A stretch of 63,974 nucleotides of DNA, counting the filler, from Octopus bimaculoides (Eukaryota), in the NCBI RefSeq assembly GCF_001194135.2. It is 4 parts of 4 records of this genome, joined end to end, with 100 filler letters (N's around TTAATTAATTAA, not from the genome) between each part and the next. Parts side by side here need not be neighbours in the genome. Positions count along the whole stretch, not along the records: positions 19,897 to 50,794 come from NC_068982.1; 3 more parts are not named here. One strand, written 5' to 3'. Under the pieces are notes generated by a model that saw only the letters and a list, made by a program, of their open reading frames with translations, was not told the origin of the DNA and did not search any database. Of the stretch, positions 34,782 through 49,244 are shown piece after piece. Both the position numbers and the translations under genes were made by a program. Every line of letters begins with the position of its first letter. Within the stretch, counting starts at the first letter, position 1.

Positions 34782-36997
34782 TTGGCATATAGAATATTTC
34801 TTCAATTAAATTATGAAGCTAATTACAAATGTAGATTCTTCTCACTGCGAGAACAAAAAAATCATATATCTTGAAGGTACTCTCTTGTTATTTTCTAGTT
34901 TTTATATTTCTTCAGAGCAATGTTTCGTGATTTCTATAAATCCCAAGAGAGAAAACAAAACCACATTCTGCCATATATCATTTGAATAAGAATAATTTAA
35001 TGGTATCTTCTCATGTATTTATTGTTTGAACAAATGGATAGTGACAGGTTGGCAGCCATTAAGCTCAGTATTCAATATATTTCAGTATTTAGTATTGTCT
35101 CTCACTTTGTTCTGGGATCAAATCTCAACAGGTTTAGTTTTCTCTTTCTTCTTTTCAACTTCATAAAAATAAAAACTAGTCATGTACTAAGATTAGTTTT
35201 GTCAGGATTTGAACTCCAACTGCAAGATATTCAGTTAGAAACCACTAGTGAGCCACCACAGTTTTACATGATTGATCTATAAATTGACTGATCAACACAA
35301 AACTGTGGTGTGATATGCTTTCTCAGATGATCTAAACTTTTCCCCTTTTCACCCCATAAAAACCATTTGGTGCCTAACTCAACTAGATGGCTTTAACATA
35401 CTACCAAGGCCTGACAACCTCGGGTATTCAAGCAGACAGCCTCAGACATTCAGGCAGATCACTTTGGGCACTCACAGAAGGCAGACCACTAAGACCAGAC
35501 CACTCAGACAGAGCACCTCAAGTAAAAAGCAACTTCAGACACTCATACACAATGTACTACAGCTAGCCTTCAACAAGACACAGAGCAGTTCTCTCCTCCT
35601 AGTCAGCAGTTATATTTTTGGCATGTTTCTTTTGTAAACAGCCAACGCAGTAAATCATGTACAGCAGTGAATATGTTGAAAGTTGAAAGTTGTAAGTTCA
35701 TGAGTTTGCTTCATTTATTATACATGCAGCCAGCTATAACACAAGACAATGGTTTTCAGCAATTCAACACACACCAACAAGCAACCACAAGCAACCACTA
35801 CAATGGTAGCCAATTCACTCTTGTGCCACAGTTCAAAAAATTATTTCCTTTCTACACAATGTGTGTGTTTGAGATAATATGAGAAATTATGCACATAGAA
35901 GAATTTCAGCAAAGTCAAGTCAATGAGCTAGTTTTTGCTGTTACTAGAAACAGCAACTAAATTTTCTTTAAATTAAGGAAGGACATTGGATAATTTAGTC
36001 TTAGATATACAGCATCCAAATGAAAAGTGAAATCATCACAAGAAGGCTTTTTTCATAGGCCTGTTGTTGTTGACATTGTTTAACCCCATGCCAACTTCAT
36101 TTAGGACAGATCTATCATCAAAAGCATTCCAACCATGACCATCTCATTTTTATACTTATGAGCCTAGAAGCCAAGACCACATTATTTAACATGTCCTTTT
36201 CTAAGATGGCAGGGTGTGATTAGAAAGAGTTTGACATTTATTTCTAGCATTTTTGAGTGAACATGTAGCACCTAAGTTATGATTTACCACTACACTGGGT
36301 TTCTAGTTGAACAAATAGGAAAGAAGAGAGATAAGAAATGAAAAGAAAGAAAAGGAAAAAAAAAACAGCGGGGTGGGGGTAAAGCTGCAGAAAATGGAGG
36401 GGAGGGAGCAATGTGCTGTATACCCCCAGAACAAATGGCATCCCACAGTAATGACTGATGGCATTGTCATGGAGAATGGCCAATAACACTCACTGCCGCA
36501 GTCACTCCACCTTGCAGGGCTCATTTATCCAATGGGCCACTGTTATCCCTATTTTGTAGAAGAAATCAGTAGTACAGGATCCTAGAACACCTGCCATCTA
36601 AACAGCAACCGGCACAAACTGGGAACAGCCAGTCAGTCACCTGTATTTATTGATTTTTCCCTCCTCATTGAAGCTAGCACAAAATATATACCATGGAGAA
36701 GTATTTTCTTATCACTTTAAATAGCAAAGGTTACTTCTATAGTTTGCTGGTGTTTTGCTAACTTTCAGAATTGAATTTAAATCTTTCCTTCAGACATGTG
36801 GTCGCAATCGATAAATGAATGCTTATTGTTGTTATTTAGCCTTATGTCAGCCCTAATTAAGTGAAACTATGATCAAAAACATTCCAGCCTTTTCTTGTTT
36901 TCCTTTTTTTCCGAAACATAATATACCCAGAACTACATACTCTGGTGTAGCCTTCTGTTATGAGATTGTATAATATGATTTGAGGGAATTATGCTTC

Positions 36998-37330
36998 TTA
37001 ATCTTTAACTATATTTCTATCACATTTAGGATGCTTTATAGAAATTTCAAATCTAGTTTCAGTCACTACCAGACTTACAGGTGAACAGGTTAACTGCTTA
37101 ATTTTCCCAAAGATAGTGTTGCAGTTCATAAGATCATTTGCTTCACAGAACTCCATCAGCCTAGTTCCCTTCTCGTTGCAGGAACCGACTCCATGGCTTC
37201 CATGCATCCCATGGAAGCAGCTCAGCTTCTGCTGACCATACCCATTGTAGACACCAGCCATGAAGAGAAGGTTACTGTCATTTGTCAATGCTGTAACAAT
37301 TTTGCCAGTCCATTGTAGTAAGACCTGGCT
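36998..37330 (-). mobile_element. RTE-type AP endonuclease fragment
   Basis: HGSHGVGSCNEKGTRLMEFCEANDLMNCNTIF. Confidence 0.8.
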
Positions 37331-37945
37331 ACTATCTAATACTTCTTAGACATTTAGCAAACATTCCAATGTGCATTGTATTTGTCAATTTCTCAACACC
37401 AACAGCTGAAATAAGTTTTAGTACACCTCACTTAATCTGTATAACATTCTTAATAAGTTAGCAATGTATGTTGAATATTTCAATGCAAGGTATTGCTCAA
37501 ATTAAGTTCAATTCACACTCCTGCACAATAGCTCATAACTACACCAGCCTTTTAAATTGTCCCCCTATTCTGCTTGCTTTCTTTTCTACTTTTTTTTTGC
37601 TGAATAACAAATTTATATAGCCATGAATGAATAAATAATTTGAATAAAACATCGTGCATAAAGTTGTTTTATAGGTTTCATGAAGAACGATTTAAAGATT
37701 TAAGTTTTTATGTTTTCCATACACTTATGGGCAAAATTATGAAGGTATAAGCCAGTGAGATAGCTTCTACATGGTTGCTGAAGTTGCTAAAAATACCAAC
37801 CAAATCTATCTTTCAAGCCATATAAATATATATATATATATAGATAGATATACAGGGCAGGGAATTGTCAATTAGTAATAAAATTAATAATTAACAATTT
37901 TGCCCGGTAGCTCAGTATGAAAAAACCTTTTCGGTAAAATCATTT

Positions 37946-38508
37946 ATAATCATAAATATATAGGGATTGACAGTAACCTGCTTCTCCAACATACTGAGAA
38001 TTCAGAAATAGCAGCCAAAGAACTACTGATTCCAAAACTACAAATTATACTCTAAATTGATAGCGATATTTTTGATACACACAGAACAAAAAACAGTAGA
38101 GAAGAGTAAAAAAANNNNNNNNNNNNNNNNNNNNNNNNNNNNNNNNNNNNNNNNNNNNNNNNNNNNNNNNNNNNNNNNNNNNNNNNNNNNNNNNNNNNNN
38201 NNNNNNNNNNNNNNNNNNNNNNNNNNNNNNNNNNNNNNNNNNNNNNNNNNNNNNNNNNNNNNNNNNNNNNNNNNNNNNNNNNNNNNNNNNNNNNNNNNNN
38301 NNNNNNNNNNNNNNNNNNNNNTTTTTTAAACTAAAGGCAAGTGGTTTTTTTACTCTTCTCTACTGTTTTTTGTTCTGTGTGTATCAAAAATATCGCTATC
38401 AATTTAGAGTATAATTTGTAGTTTTGGAATCAGTAGTTCTTTGGCTGCTATTTCTGAATTCTCAGTATGTTGGAGAAGCAGGTTACTGTCAATCCCTATA
38501 TATTTATG

Positions 38509-38514
<6 letters not shown>
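37946..38514. repeat. Inverted pair (~168-bp arms) flanking an N gap
   Basis: 37946-38113 is the reverse complement of 38346-38514, with no difference I could find. Confidence 0.9.
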
Positions 38515-38541
<27 letters not shown>

Positions 38542-38714
38542 GTGTGTGTGTGCATATATATATATACCAAGCCATATAAAAGTAAAAGGACACATAGGTG
38601 ATGTAGTCCAGGCTACACTATTCCTGTAAAAATACAAGATGTTCAAGGTTTGAATGTCTTTGACCATAAGTCTGTTTGATCTGGATTAATCTAGAGGCTT
38701 AACAACAATAATTC

Positions 38715-38922
38715 TTTTCTAATTTTTGCAAAAGGCCAGCAATTTTAGGAGACGGGTTCAAGTTAATCACATGACCCTAGTGCTCAACTGACACATACTT
38801 TATTGACCTAGAAAGAATAAAAGGCAAAGCTGACTTCAGCAGCATTTGAACTCAGAACATAAAGCCAGAAGAAATGTCACTAAGCATTTTGTCCAGTATG
38901 CTAATGATTCTGCCAGCTTGCT
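38715..38922 (-). mobile_element. SINE family A, diverged copy
   Basis: aaaggcaaagctgacttcagcagcatttgaactcagaac..gattctgccagct. Confidence 0.8.
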
Positions 38923-41260
38923 AATAATAATAATCTACTATAATAATACTCTTGTGTTTTTCTCCGTCACAACATAAGAATGAGAAAGGAAGGAGTGATG
39001 GCAAACTGGTAGCGGGAGCATTTCAACTCTGTGTGAATATATGTGTGTGTATGTAAAAGGGAGGTGTGTGTGTGTGTGTGCAATGGAAGTGAGATGGTGA
39101 ACGTTCAACTCTGAAAAGAAAAATCAAACAGCGTTTCAACTGTGTGTAAGTATATGTGTGTATGTGTGTGCATGTACAAGGGAAGTATATGAATGTATGT
39201 GTGAGCCCAGGAGCTAAAACACAGCCCTTTTTCAATCTAGTGGCAAGAGAAAGTACCTCTGAATGTTGACTGCTAGATATCACTGTTGCTGTCATTCCTT
39301 TGTGCAGAGCCACTAGTACCCTGAGAATTCAGTCAGATGGGTCGGACATGTTGTTTGAATGAAAGATGACTGCATTGATAATTTTTTTCTCTTTTTTTTT
39401 GAGTAGCCATGCAGACCCCTCTGCAGGAATCTGCTCTTCCCCACCTTTCTTTCAGTAATACCCTAATTGCCTAGCATGAAACTGACCTACCAGCTACCCC
39501 AGGGCTTGTAAGTCCTGTGAACTGCATGGCAACCTCAATAGTTTGGTGGCATGAAAAAAGCATCCAGTCTACACTGTAAAATGGTTGACATTAAGAAGGG
39601 CATTTAGTGGTAGAATTTATGCCAAAGTAAACATTGGCATTTGATGCAGTCTTTGGACACATTGGTTCCTGTCAAACTGTCCAACCCATTAAGAAGGTTA
39701 AAGAGAGTCACAGATTATTGCTACTGAGAGGAATAGTCCTCAAAATCCCAAAGTTTTTTGTTGTCTCTCAGTAACACACAAATTATGGGTTCAAATCATT
39801 CCTGAGTTAATAATTTAATTTACCAAATCAGTAACTGATTTCTTTCTCAAAATCTATTTATTCCCTCAATTTTTCAAAGACCTATTAACTTCTTGTAAAA
39901 GGATGACTTGTTGAAGAAGTTTAATAAGACTGAAACATGTCTGGAATTATCTACTGAATCTAGCAAAGATTAAATTCACTTTCCATTTCATACCCCTGTA
40001 ACAGGGCTTAGATTTGAAAGCATATCAACTTAGTAATGAAAAATAGGCCACAGCATATCAGGTGATCTTGGCCTAATTGTTAACCAATAGTATTTCAAAT
40101 GCAATCATGAGGCTGTAAATTGAAATGCATGCTACATGTACTAGTGGAGACAATAGGGATCCGTGAGTTGACAGGTTGCTTGGTTGCTGCTCAACCACTA
40201 GTTAAAAGGAATCATTTGCCCACAATGAATACAGAACTTTTCCACTTCTCACAACATATATCTCAGATATAGCTATCTTTTCTAGCAAGCAAGCAGTCAT
40301 ATATCTAGAGATAAATGCTTATCTAGACATTTCTGGTACATATGTACTTTTGACAAAAACCTCTGTATGCTTTTATGTAAATAAATGGTTTCATCGAAAA
40401 CTTTAAGTGGACTTGGTTTTAACATGGGTAACAACAACACAGCCAAAATTAGTCCTACAAATTATTCAACGCCTATTTAATCAAACTTACACAGTGTTAT
40501 CTTCCCTCTCGTTCTTGAAAAGAACATACTATCATTAATATTAATGTTTTATTTTTTACCTCATTATAATGTAATTTTTATTAAATATAATTTGCTACAT
40601 ATGCTTACACAGACTCTACTTAACTATGTTTTTCATGCAAAAGACATCTCACTAAAATTTTCTGTATTTGCTATTATTGAGAGAACTTCATAATCACTTG
40701 ATTCCAGATAAGTCATCAGTTTATCTCAAACCACATCCACAGAAGATCATTTTTTTTTCAAGCATTTAGTCATGGAAGGAAGGGCAGCATCCATGACCCT
40801 TTATAAAGCCTCTAAGACTGGTTGAAAGAAGTGGAGAAGTTATTGACCAATTAGAGCCCCAGCCTGAAAGCTTGCAACAGATGGAACTACAGTAAAGCAC
40901 ATCTAAGAAACAGGTGTTAAGCACAGTAAAGGATTAGGTCTATTTCACTACCACTGAGAACTCAGAATACAAAAAGACACAATACCATAAGGCATCTTGT
41001 CTGTCCCCCTAGCTCTTGTACCAACCCACCTCCCGGTATTAATCTTTTACTTGTTTCAGTCACTGGGTTTAGATGAACAAATCAACTCTAGTACTTATTT
41101 CTAAGCCTGGTACTTACCTTCTCAATCTTTTTTGTTGGAGCACTAAGTTAAAGAGACATAAACAAACCAACACTGGTTGTCAAGCAGTGGTGAGAAACAC
41201 CATGTAAAAAGCACCCAGTCCACTCTGTAAAGTAGTAGGTGTTAGGAAGGGCACCCAGTA

Positions 41261-41638
41261 ACTCTTTTACTTGTTTCAGTCATTTGACTGCGGCCATGCT
41301 GGAGCACCGCCTTTAGTTGAGCAAATCGACCCCAGGACTAATTCTTTGTAAGCCTAGTACTTATTCTATTGGTCCCTTTTGCCAAACCACTAAGTTACAG
41401 GGACGTAAACACACCAGCATCGATTGTCAAGCAATGTTGGGGGGACAAACACAGACACACAAACACACACACACATATATATATGGGTTTCTTTTAGTTT
41501 CCGTCTACCAAATCCACTCACAAGGCTTTGGTCAGCCTGAGGCTATAGTAGAAGACACTTGCCTGGGTTCAGTGGGACTGAACCCGGAACCATGTGGTTG
41601 GTAAGCAAGCTACTAACCCCACAGCCACTCCTGCGCCT
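41261..41638 (-). mobile_element. tRNA-derived SINE family B, full-length copy
   Basis: Minus head aggcgcaggagtggctgt..ggttccgggttcagtcccac with A/B-box-like motifs; internal (TA)/(TG) repeat; body shared with copies at 2470, 33030, 34401, 41045 and 42400. Confidence 0.9.
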
Positions 41639-42399
41639 TATAAAAAAAAACATTTCAAAGCAGACAGTGGAGCTTGGCACAGTCCCCAGGTTTACCAGCT
41701 CCTGTCAAACCATCCAACTCATGCCAGCATAGAAGATGGACGTTAAATGATGATGATGATGATATGTGTGCGTGTGCTTGGGGCATATTCAAATCTGTAA
41801 GAAAGCCATTCACTGTGTTTTGTCCTGGAGAAAATTTCTTGCCATAGATAAATGGTTTAAATGCACCAAAATCAGCTTACAGTGCAACCTACTCAGATTG
41901 TGAGATGCAAACATTTTAAAGACTCACAACCTCAAATTTTAATTCTATCTAATCTTTCGTAGATAAAATAATTGCAATAATTCTGGGCAACAGTTCTTTT
42001 AGAATAATAATTCTCTTTTCTTACACATAACCTTTGTCTGATCAGATTATAATCTTTTAGAAGAGTATTAAATAAATAAAAAAAAGTTCATCTTTGAATC
42101 AAATGTTTATTTCTAAAATAGGTCTCAAATCTAGGTGAGAGATCTGCCAGTTATATTGATCCCAGTATGAAAAACTCAGTTGGTGTTAACAGTATTTGAA
42201 CTCAAAACATAAAATTATACATCTCAATACAAGGTATTCTGTCTGTCATACAAGCTATTCTGCTATTCTGTCTGTCATACAAGCTATTCAGCTATTCCAT
42301 CAAATGTGAATAAGAAATTACCAAACTTCAGTTTCATCAAGCATTTTTAATATAGTTAACTTGTAGTTTTCTTTGAAGCAAGCTAACTAAAACATCTTT

Positions 42400-42743
42400 T
42401 ATCTTTATGTGTTTCAGTCATTGGAATGTACTTCCTTGAATTACTAATTTTTTTAAAACCTGGAACATTTTTATCAGTTTCTTTTTGCCAAACCACTAGC
42501 TTACAGGGGTGTAGACAAACCAGCACTCGTCAGGCAGTGCGGGAAGAGACACAAATACAAAGACACACATATACACGCATAAGTCTATGGTGGGCTTTCA
42601 GTTTCAGTGTACCAAATCCACTCACAAGGCTTTGGTTGATCTAGGGCTACAGTAGAAGACACTTGTCTGAAGTGCTGCACAGTTGGACTGAATCTGAAAA
42701 TATGTGGTTGGGAAGCAAACTTTTTAATCTCTCAGCCATGCCT
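42400..42743 (-). mobile_element. SINE family B, diverged copy
   Basis: Collinear with 41261-41638. Confidence 0.8.
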
Positions 42744-43164
42744 AAAAAGCAGAACTCAATATCAAATATTTTTCTTTATCATAACATTTTAATATATATG
42801 AATACAGAGCGTTGGACCTCACGGAAGCAAAGTGGCTGAGTTCCTTTCAAGTGTTGGACCTCACAGAGGCAATGACCAAGACCTTTGGCATTATGTCATG
42901 CTTGAGAAGAAACCCATCAAGCCAAGCAAAATTGCAGTCATGGCAGATACTGATGTCATGCAAATGGCACCCATGCTAATGGCATGTAAAAACACCCATT
43001 ACATTCTTGGAGTGGTTGATATTAGGAAGGGCATCCAGCCATAGAAAACCATGCCAAATAAAACAGGAGTCTGGTGCAGCCTTCCAGCTTACCATCCCTG
43101 GTCAAACCCTCCAACCCATGCCAACATGAGCAACAGACATTAAATGATGATGACAATGATGATA

Positions 43165-43380
43165 TTGGTTTCAAATTTCGGCACAAGGCCACCAGTTTGC
43201 GGGGAGGGATTAAATGGATTGCATCAACCCCAGTGCTCAACTGGTACTTATTTTACCAACCCTGAAAGGATGAAAGGCAAAGTCGACTTCGGCAGAATTT
43301 GAACTCAGAACATAAAGACATGAAATGCCACTAAGCATTTTGCCCAGAGTGCTAACAATTCTGCCAGCTCACTGCCTTAT
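43165..43380 (-). mobile_element. SINE family A
   Basis: gaaaggatgaaaggcaaagtcgacttcggcagaatttgaactcagaac..ctgccagctcactgcctt. Confidence 0.88.
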
Positions 43381-44282
43381 ATGAATATGTATAATAACAA
43401 TGGCACAGGCTTCACAACCACATAGTTTTGGATTCAGCCCCACTATATGGCTCCTTGAGCAAGTGTCTTCTGCTCATGCCAACAAAAGCTTTTGAGTGAA
43501 TTTGGTTGGTAGAAATTCTATCAGTGTGTATATGTGTGTGTGAGAGTTCTTGTGCCTCATTTGATAGATAGGAGGGAATATTTGGTGAAGACTGTAAACA
43601 TGATATGGATTGTTAGAAAACCTTTGTTTCAAACAGCGTAACTTTGCCTTCCAATACGAGCTTATATGCAAATCAAGAGACTGCATCTATGCAGCTATTT
43701 GGCTTACAAAACATAGCAGTCAATTCTCCAGCAAAATACATGTTTCTGTTTATAAAGTAAAGGATAAAACAGTCTTTGATATATTATATCTGAAAAAAAT
43801 ATATAAATGGTTCCAGGTTAGAATGTCTTAGATCATAAATCTATTCAGTCAGGATTGACCTAATTCTAAACAAAATTAGTGTGTGCGTGCGTGTGTGTGT
43901 GTGCGTGCATGTGTGTGTGTGTGCAAATGAGACTGTGTGTATGTTTGTTTATATGTGGCTATGCATGTGTATGTATACATATATGCTAACAGCTATGACA
44001 CAACTAAAATACTAATTCAAATAAAAAATTAAGATTAAGTAACATGAGGTGTATATCAAATACAATGTATATTATATGGTGGCTGCATGAATCTAGTTGA
44101 TATATAGCCATCATATTATGTGATATGTATATGACAATTCACATCAATGTTATCATTTACATATTGTATGTAGTGTGTGGGAAGATAAGCAGCCATGAAA
44201 AAACCATTTATCACATATCTGTACATATACTAAACATTCCACACACACACACAGAAACATAAGTATTTATATCTATATCTAG

Positions 44283-44413
<131 letters not shown>

Positions 44414-45319
44414 TCATCATTTAATGCCTGTTTTCCATGCTGGCATGTTTTGGATGGTTTGACAGGAGCTAGACAAACCAGAAAGCAGCACCAAGCACCA
44501 TTGTCTGCTTTGGCATGGTTTCTACAGCTGGGTGCCCTTCTTAATATGATTTTACCGAGTTTACTGGGTGCTTCTTATGTGGCACCTGCAGGGCTGCTTC
44601 TTAATGAGACACCAACACCAGCAAGACAAAGACCTCTCAGCAGCAGTTGAACCAAGGGTGGTGGCTTTGAGCCAGTTGAGAGGTTAGAGGGATGCAGATA
44701 AGTGTCTTACTATAAGAGGAAATATTTGGCTACCCTAGCAGGAAAAGAAAGGAGAGGAAGGAGACAATTTGAAAGAAAGACAGAGGAAGACACACAGACA
44801 GAGGCACAGACACACACATACACACACACACGTGTGTATGTGTGTGTGTGTGTGTGTGTGATCATCAGCATCATCATCATTGTCATTTAATATCCGTTTT
44901 CCATGCTGGCATGGATTGGATGGTTTGACTGAGAACTAGCAAACCAGGAGGCTACACAAGGCTACAATCTAATTTGGCAAGGTTTCTACACCTAGATACC
45001 TTTCCTAACACCAACCACTCCAAGAGTGTGGCGAGTGCTTTTTATGTGCCACCGGCATGGGTGCCAGTCAGGCAGCACTGGCATCAACCACTCTCAAATG
45101 GTGTTTTTTATGTGCTACCAGTATGGGTGCCAGTCAGGTGGTACTGGTATCAGCCACACTCGAATGGTGCTTTTTACATGACACCGGTACTGACATCAGC
45201 CACAGCATCTATTTCACTTGGTTCAACAGGTCTTCACAAGCATAGCATATTGCCCAATGATTGGAGGGTGCTTTTAAATGGGCTAGTTATGCGACACTGG
45301 CATCAGCCATGACTATGAT

Positions 45320-45770
45320 CTCACTTAGCTTGTCAGGTCTTCTCAAGCACAGCATATCTCCAAAGGTTTAGGTTGCTTGTCATTGCCTCTGTGAGGCCTA
45401 ACGTTCGAAGGTTGTGCTTCACCACCTCATCCCATCTCTTCCTGGATCTACCTCTTCCGCAGATTCCCTCCACCATTAGGGTGTGACACTTCTTTACATA
45501 ATTGTCCTCATCCATATACATTACATGACCATACCTGTGCTGTCATCTCTCTTGCACCCCACATCTGATGCTTCTTATGCCCAACTTTTCTCTCAGGACA
45601 CTTACACTGTTGTGCATGCACATTGTCATTACACATCCAACAGAGCATACTAGCTTCATTTGTTTCAAGCCTATGCATATCCTCAGCAGTCACAGCAAGC
45701 AGTACTTTGAGGCGTTGCTCCTTCTCCATACACAGCACAAATCTCATAAGCAGCGTTGGAGGCCTTAACA
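45320..45770 (-). mobile_element. RTE LINE 3' end
   Basis: HRLETNEASMLCWMC, then DEDNYVKKC..VEGICGRGRSRKRWDEVVKHNLRTLGL. Confidence 0.88.
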
Positions 45771-46489
45771 CCTTAATTAAAGGCAAAAAGCAAAAGGTGT
45801 CGAAAATGCTCAGCTTTGTCCACTTGACATTCCATTTTCATGATCTGAAAATATGCAAAAATCAATAAGATTTAAAAATCAAAACATACTTTCTTGTAGA
45901 GCAAAAAATTCTTTTTCAAATAACAAAACATTTTGCCAAAGCATTTTAAAATTTGAAAAAAAACGCTTATAATTCTTCCTCAACCCAATCATCATCATAT
46001 ATATATCACATATCATATATACATCATATATGTATGTATGTATATATATTTTTATATATATTATTAGCTGTGAAACTACCTTAGTTTCTAATCTCAAATG
46101 TACTACATTTTCTCAGGTGGGAAACAGTTTAATTGAATTACAGAAATACTTCAAGTTCTTAAGTAAGCAATCCTGATAGGTTTTACAATATTCATTTGAA
46201 CTTTATTTGTTTATTTTTTGTTTGTATTTTATTTATTTATTTTATTTTTTCATATTAATAAGATCAAATTTAAAGGCTTCCAATGTTTTGATCTAGTGGA
46301 AGGAATTACTTTGTCTTGGACTCAAAATTTGTACCTGCAAATTCTTCATAAATACAATTATGATGATATATATCATCATTATCATCCTTTAACGTCTGTT
46401 TTTCGAGCTGGCATGGGTCTGATGGTTTTACCAGAGCTGGAAATTATCATTTAAAATCTTATATATGTACATCATTACATATAGTTTGG

Positions 46490-46650
46490 TCAGTTATGAA
46501 CATCAAATGGGAGAACTATGTCAATTATTTTGCAGTCCTTGAATGGGCCAAAGCCAACAGCATTGAAACCATCGTCATCAAAAATCACCTCAGAGGGCTG
46601 GTCATGTCCATCACATGAATAGCACCAAACCGTCATACCAAATATAGAAC
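46490..46650 (+). mobile_element. Short RTE C-terminal fragment (a similar decayed piece lies at 47750-47990)
   Basis: IKWENYV..VLEWAK..SIETIVIKNHLR.AGHV. Confidence 0.6.
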
Positions 46651-46703
<53 letters not shown>

Positions 46704-46719
46704 GCATAAATATTAAGTC

Positions 46720-47060
46720 ATATATTCATGTGTATGTATATCTGCATTAAAGTATGCATGCATGTATGTATATCTGTATTAATGCATACATGTATGTATA
46801 TATGTATGTATGCATGAATACATGTGCATATATATGCATATATGAATGTGATTTGTATGTATGTATGTATGTGTGTATGCGTGTATGCATGCATGAATGT
46901 ATGTGCATGTATATGCATATATGAATGTGATTTGTATGTATGTATGTTTGTATGCATGTATGCATGCATGAATGTATGTGTATATATATGCATATATGAA
47001 TGTGTTTTGTATGTATGTATGCATGAATGTATGTGCATATATATGCATATATGAATGTAC
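46720..47060. repeat. Compound minisatellite built on TATG/CATG
   Basis: The block tatatatgcatatatgaatgtg(a/t)tttgtatgtatgtatg recurs at about 80-bp spacing. Confidence 0.85.
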
Positions 47061-48059
47061 GCTTAGTATGTTTGAGTCTATGTAGTTCAGGCCAAGCTAT
47101 TGAGGTTAAGTGACAACTACAGTTAGTAAAGCCTTTAAAGAGATGCAGTAGTGATAGTAGCAGGCCCGTGGGGGGATTATAGCTAAGACATAGGCAACAT
47201 CAGTGCCTATACAGATACTAAGCTAGTTACTTAGTTACTTAGTTACATAGTTACTATGGCAGAGAAGAAAATGTATTACCTCCTTATGACTGGCTAGCTG
47301 GATCATAATCAACTACAGCAGATGTCGGGGATTATGTTATTGTTGTTGCTGCTGATGTTGTTATGTAGCTCTAGGTGAATCCTGATTAAACAGACCTGTG
47401 ATCAAAGGCATTCCTCGTGTTTTTCTTTTAGTTCTCCAGCACTAACTACATTATTTAATATGTCTTATTCGCTATTTGCTATTCGTTATTTGTTTTTGCT
47501 TTGTCTTTTAGACAGTAGGCCGTGATTTGAGTTGCTATTTCCTGTAGGCCTAGCAACCACTAGAGTTTCTTACCTCGGTCTGATTATTGTATGGTGGTGA
47601 ATAACATATCACAGGCATCTCCTTCTTCTTCTTCTTCCCCTTTTTCTTGAAAATCAGATAATAATACAACCCCTCGCCAAAAAATTTAATATTGAAGATT
47701 AGCAGAAACAGAGAATCGAAAAAAATATATATAATGAAGCAAGCATGAGCCGTTAAATATTAAGCTGCATGAAAGGAATGAGTACAAGTAAGATGAGAGA
47801 GTGTGGACAAACATTAAAGAGATCATTGAAGATAGGCAGGAGAGATGATGGCACTGATAATGGACATGTGAGATGTTTATGGGAAAATGAATACTGGGTG
47901 AAAAATTTTGGTGTGTGATTTTGGTGGAAGTTAATCTACAGCTGAGAAAGACAAGGAAAAAAAAATTAGTCTGATTGGGTCTTAGGATGCTGTGCTTCAC
48001 ACCAAAAAGATGACAGATGATATCATCATCATCACCATCATCATCACCATCATCATCAC

Positions 48060-48095
<36 letters not shown>

Positions 48096-49062
48096 TATCA
48101 TTTCACATCCACAATTCTATGTTTACATAGGTCAGACAGAATTTGTTGAGGCAGATTTTCTGTCAGCTTTTGGTGTGAAGTACAGCATCCTGAGATTAGT
48201 CTCCCTATAACACACATACACACACACACACACACACATACACATGTGCTCATGCACACACACACACACGTGCATGCACACANNNNNNNNNNATGTGCTC
48301 ATGCACACACACACACACGTGCATGCACACACACATGCACACACACGTACACACACATGCATACACACACATACACATACACACATGCAGATTAGAAGTG
48401 CTAAGCAGTGAAATGTGTAAATAGAAACTTGTTACCAGTTCAAATTTGCTTCAAGCATATTCAAACCCACAAGAAAACCATTCACTGTATTTTGTCAAGG
48501 GGAAAACTCCTCACTGTAAACAGAGAGGTGTAAACACACCAAATCAGTTCAAAGCACCCTCTGACCAGACTGACAGATACAGGCATTTCAGAGTGGTTAT
48601 CTCTTCTTCAGCATCAGATACCATAAAAGGGAAAGCTACAAACTGACAAGAGATGGATATCTCTGATTATATTCCCATCACAATACCATGAGCGGTTGCA
48701 CTGATTGGTGGCTCACCATAAAATAACATACAGAATAGAAGTACTGAGCATTTATGTATATAGATATGTATGTGTGTATGTATATATGTATATATGTGTG
48801 TGTGTGTGTATGCCAGCATAGAAAACAGATGTTAAACAATGATGATGATGATGATGATATTGGAAAATGTATGAGATCCTTCGTACAGTTAGGTATATTT
48901 GAAAAAAGAAAAAGAATGACATCACTAGTAGTTCTAATCAGTAGTTCTAATTATTTTTTAAATTTATATTACTAAAAAATTAAAAGATAATAAATTAAAT
49001 TGATTAGAACTACCAGCGAAGTCATTCTTTTTCTTTTTTGAAATATACACACATACATATAT

Positions 49063-49240
49063 GACACGTAAAAGCACCCACTACACTCTCTGAGTGGTTG
49101 GCGTTAGGAAGGGCATCCAGCTGTAGAAACTCTGCCAAATCAGATTGGAGGCTGGTGTTGCCATCCGGTTTCACCAGTCCTCAGTCAAATCGTCCAACCC
49201 ATGCTAGCATGGAAAGTGGACGTTAAACGATGATGATGAT
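49063..49240 (+). mobile_element. Retroposon family C copy with (GAT)n tail
   Basis: Near-identical to 20042-20225. Confidence 0.85.
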
Positions 49241-49244
49241 ATAT

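Noticed and set aside
36490-36560. Minus-strand segment with tag acceptor and gtgagt donor, near two CCAAT boxes
   Set aside because: All three frames contain stops; it could be non-coding but cannot be supported.
45660-45690. CUGAGGA..GAAAC spacing on the minus strand
   Set aside because: It lies inside RTE coding sequence (EDMHRLETN) and has no NUH triplet or stem I.
48572-48615. CUGAAGA-AGAG/CUCU-GAAAU hammerhead-like motif on the minus strand
   Set aside because: Stem II forms, but stem I does not pair next to the core; at best a decayed copy.
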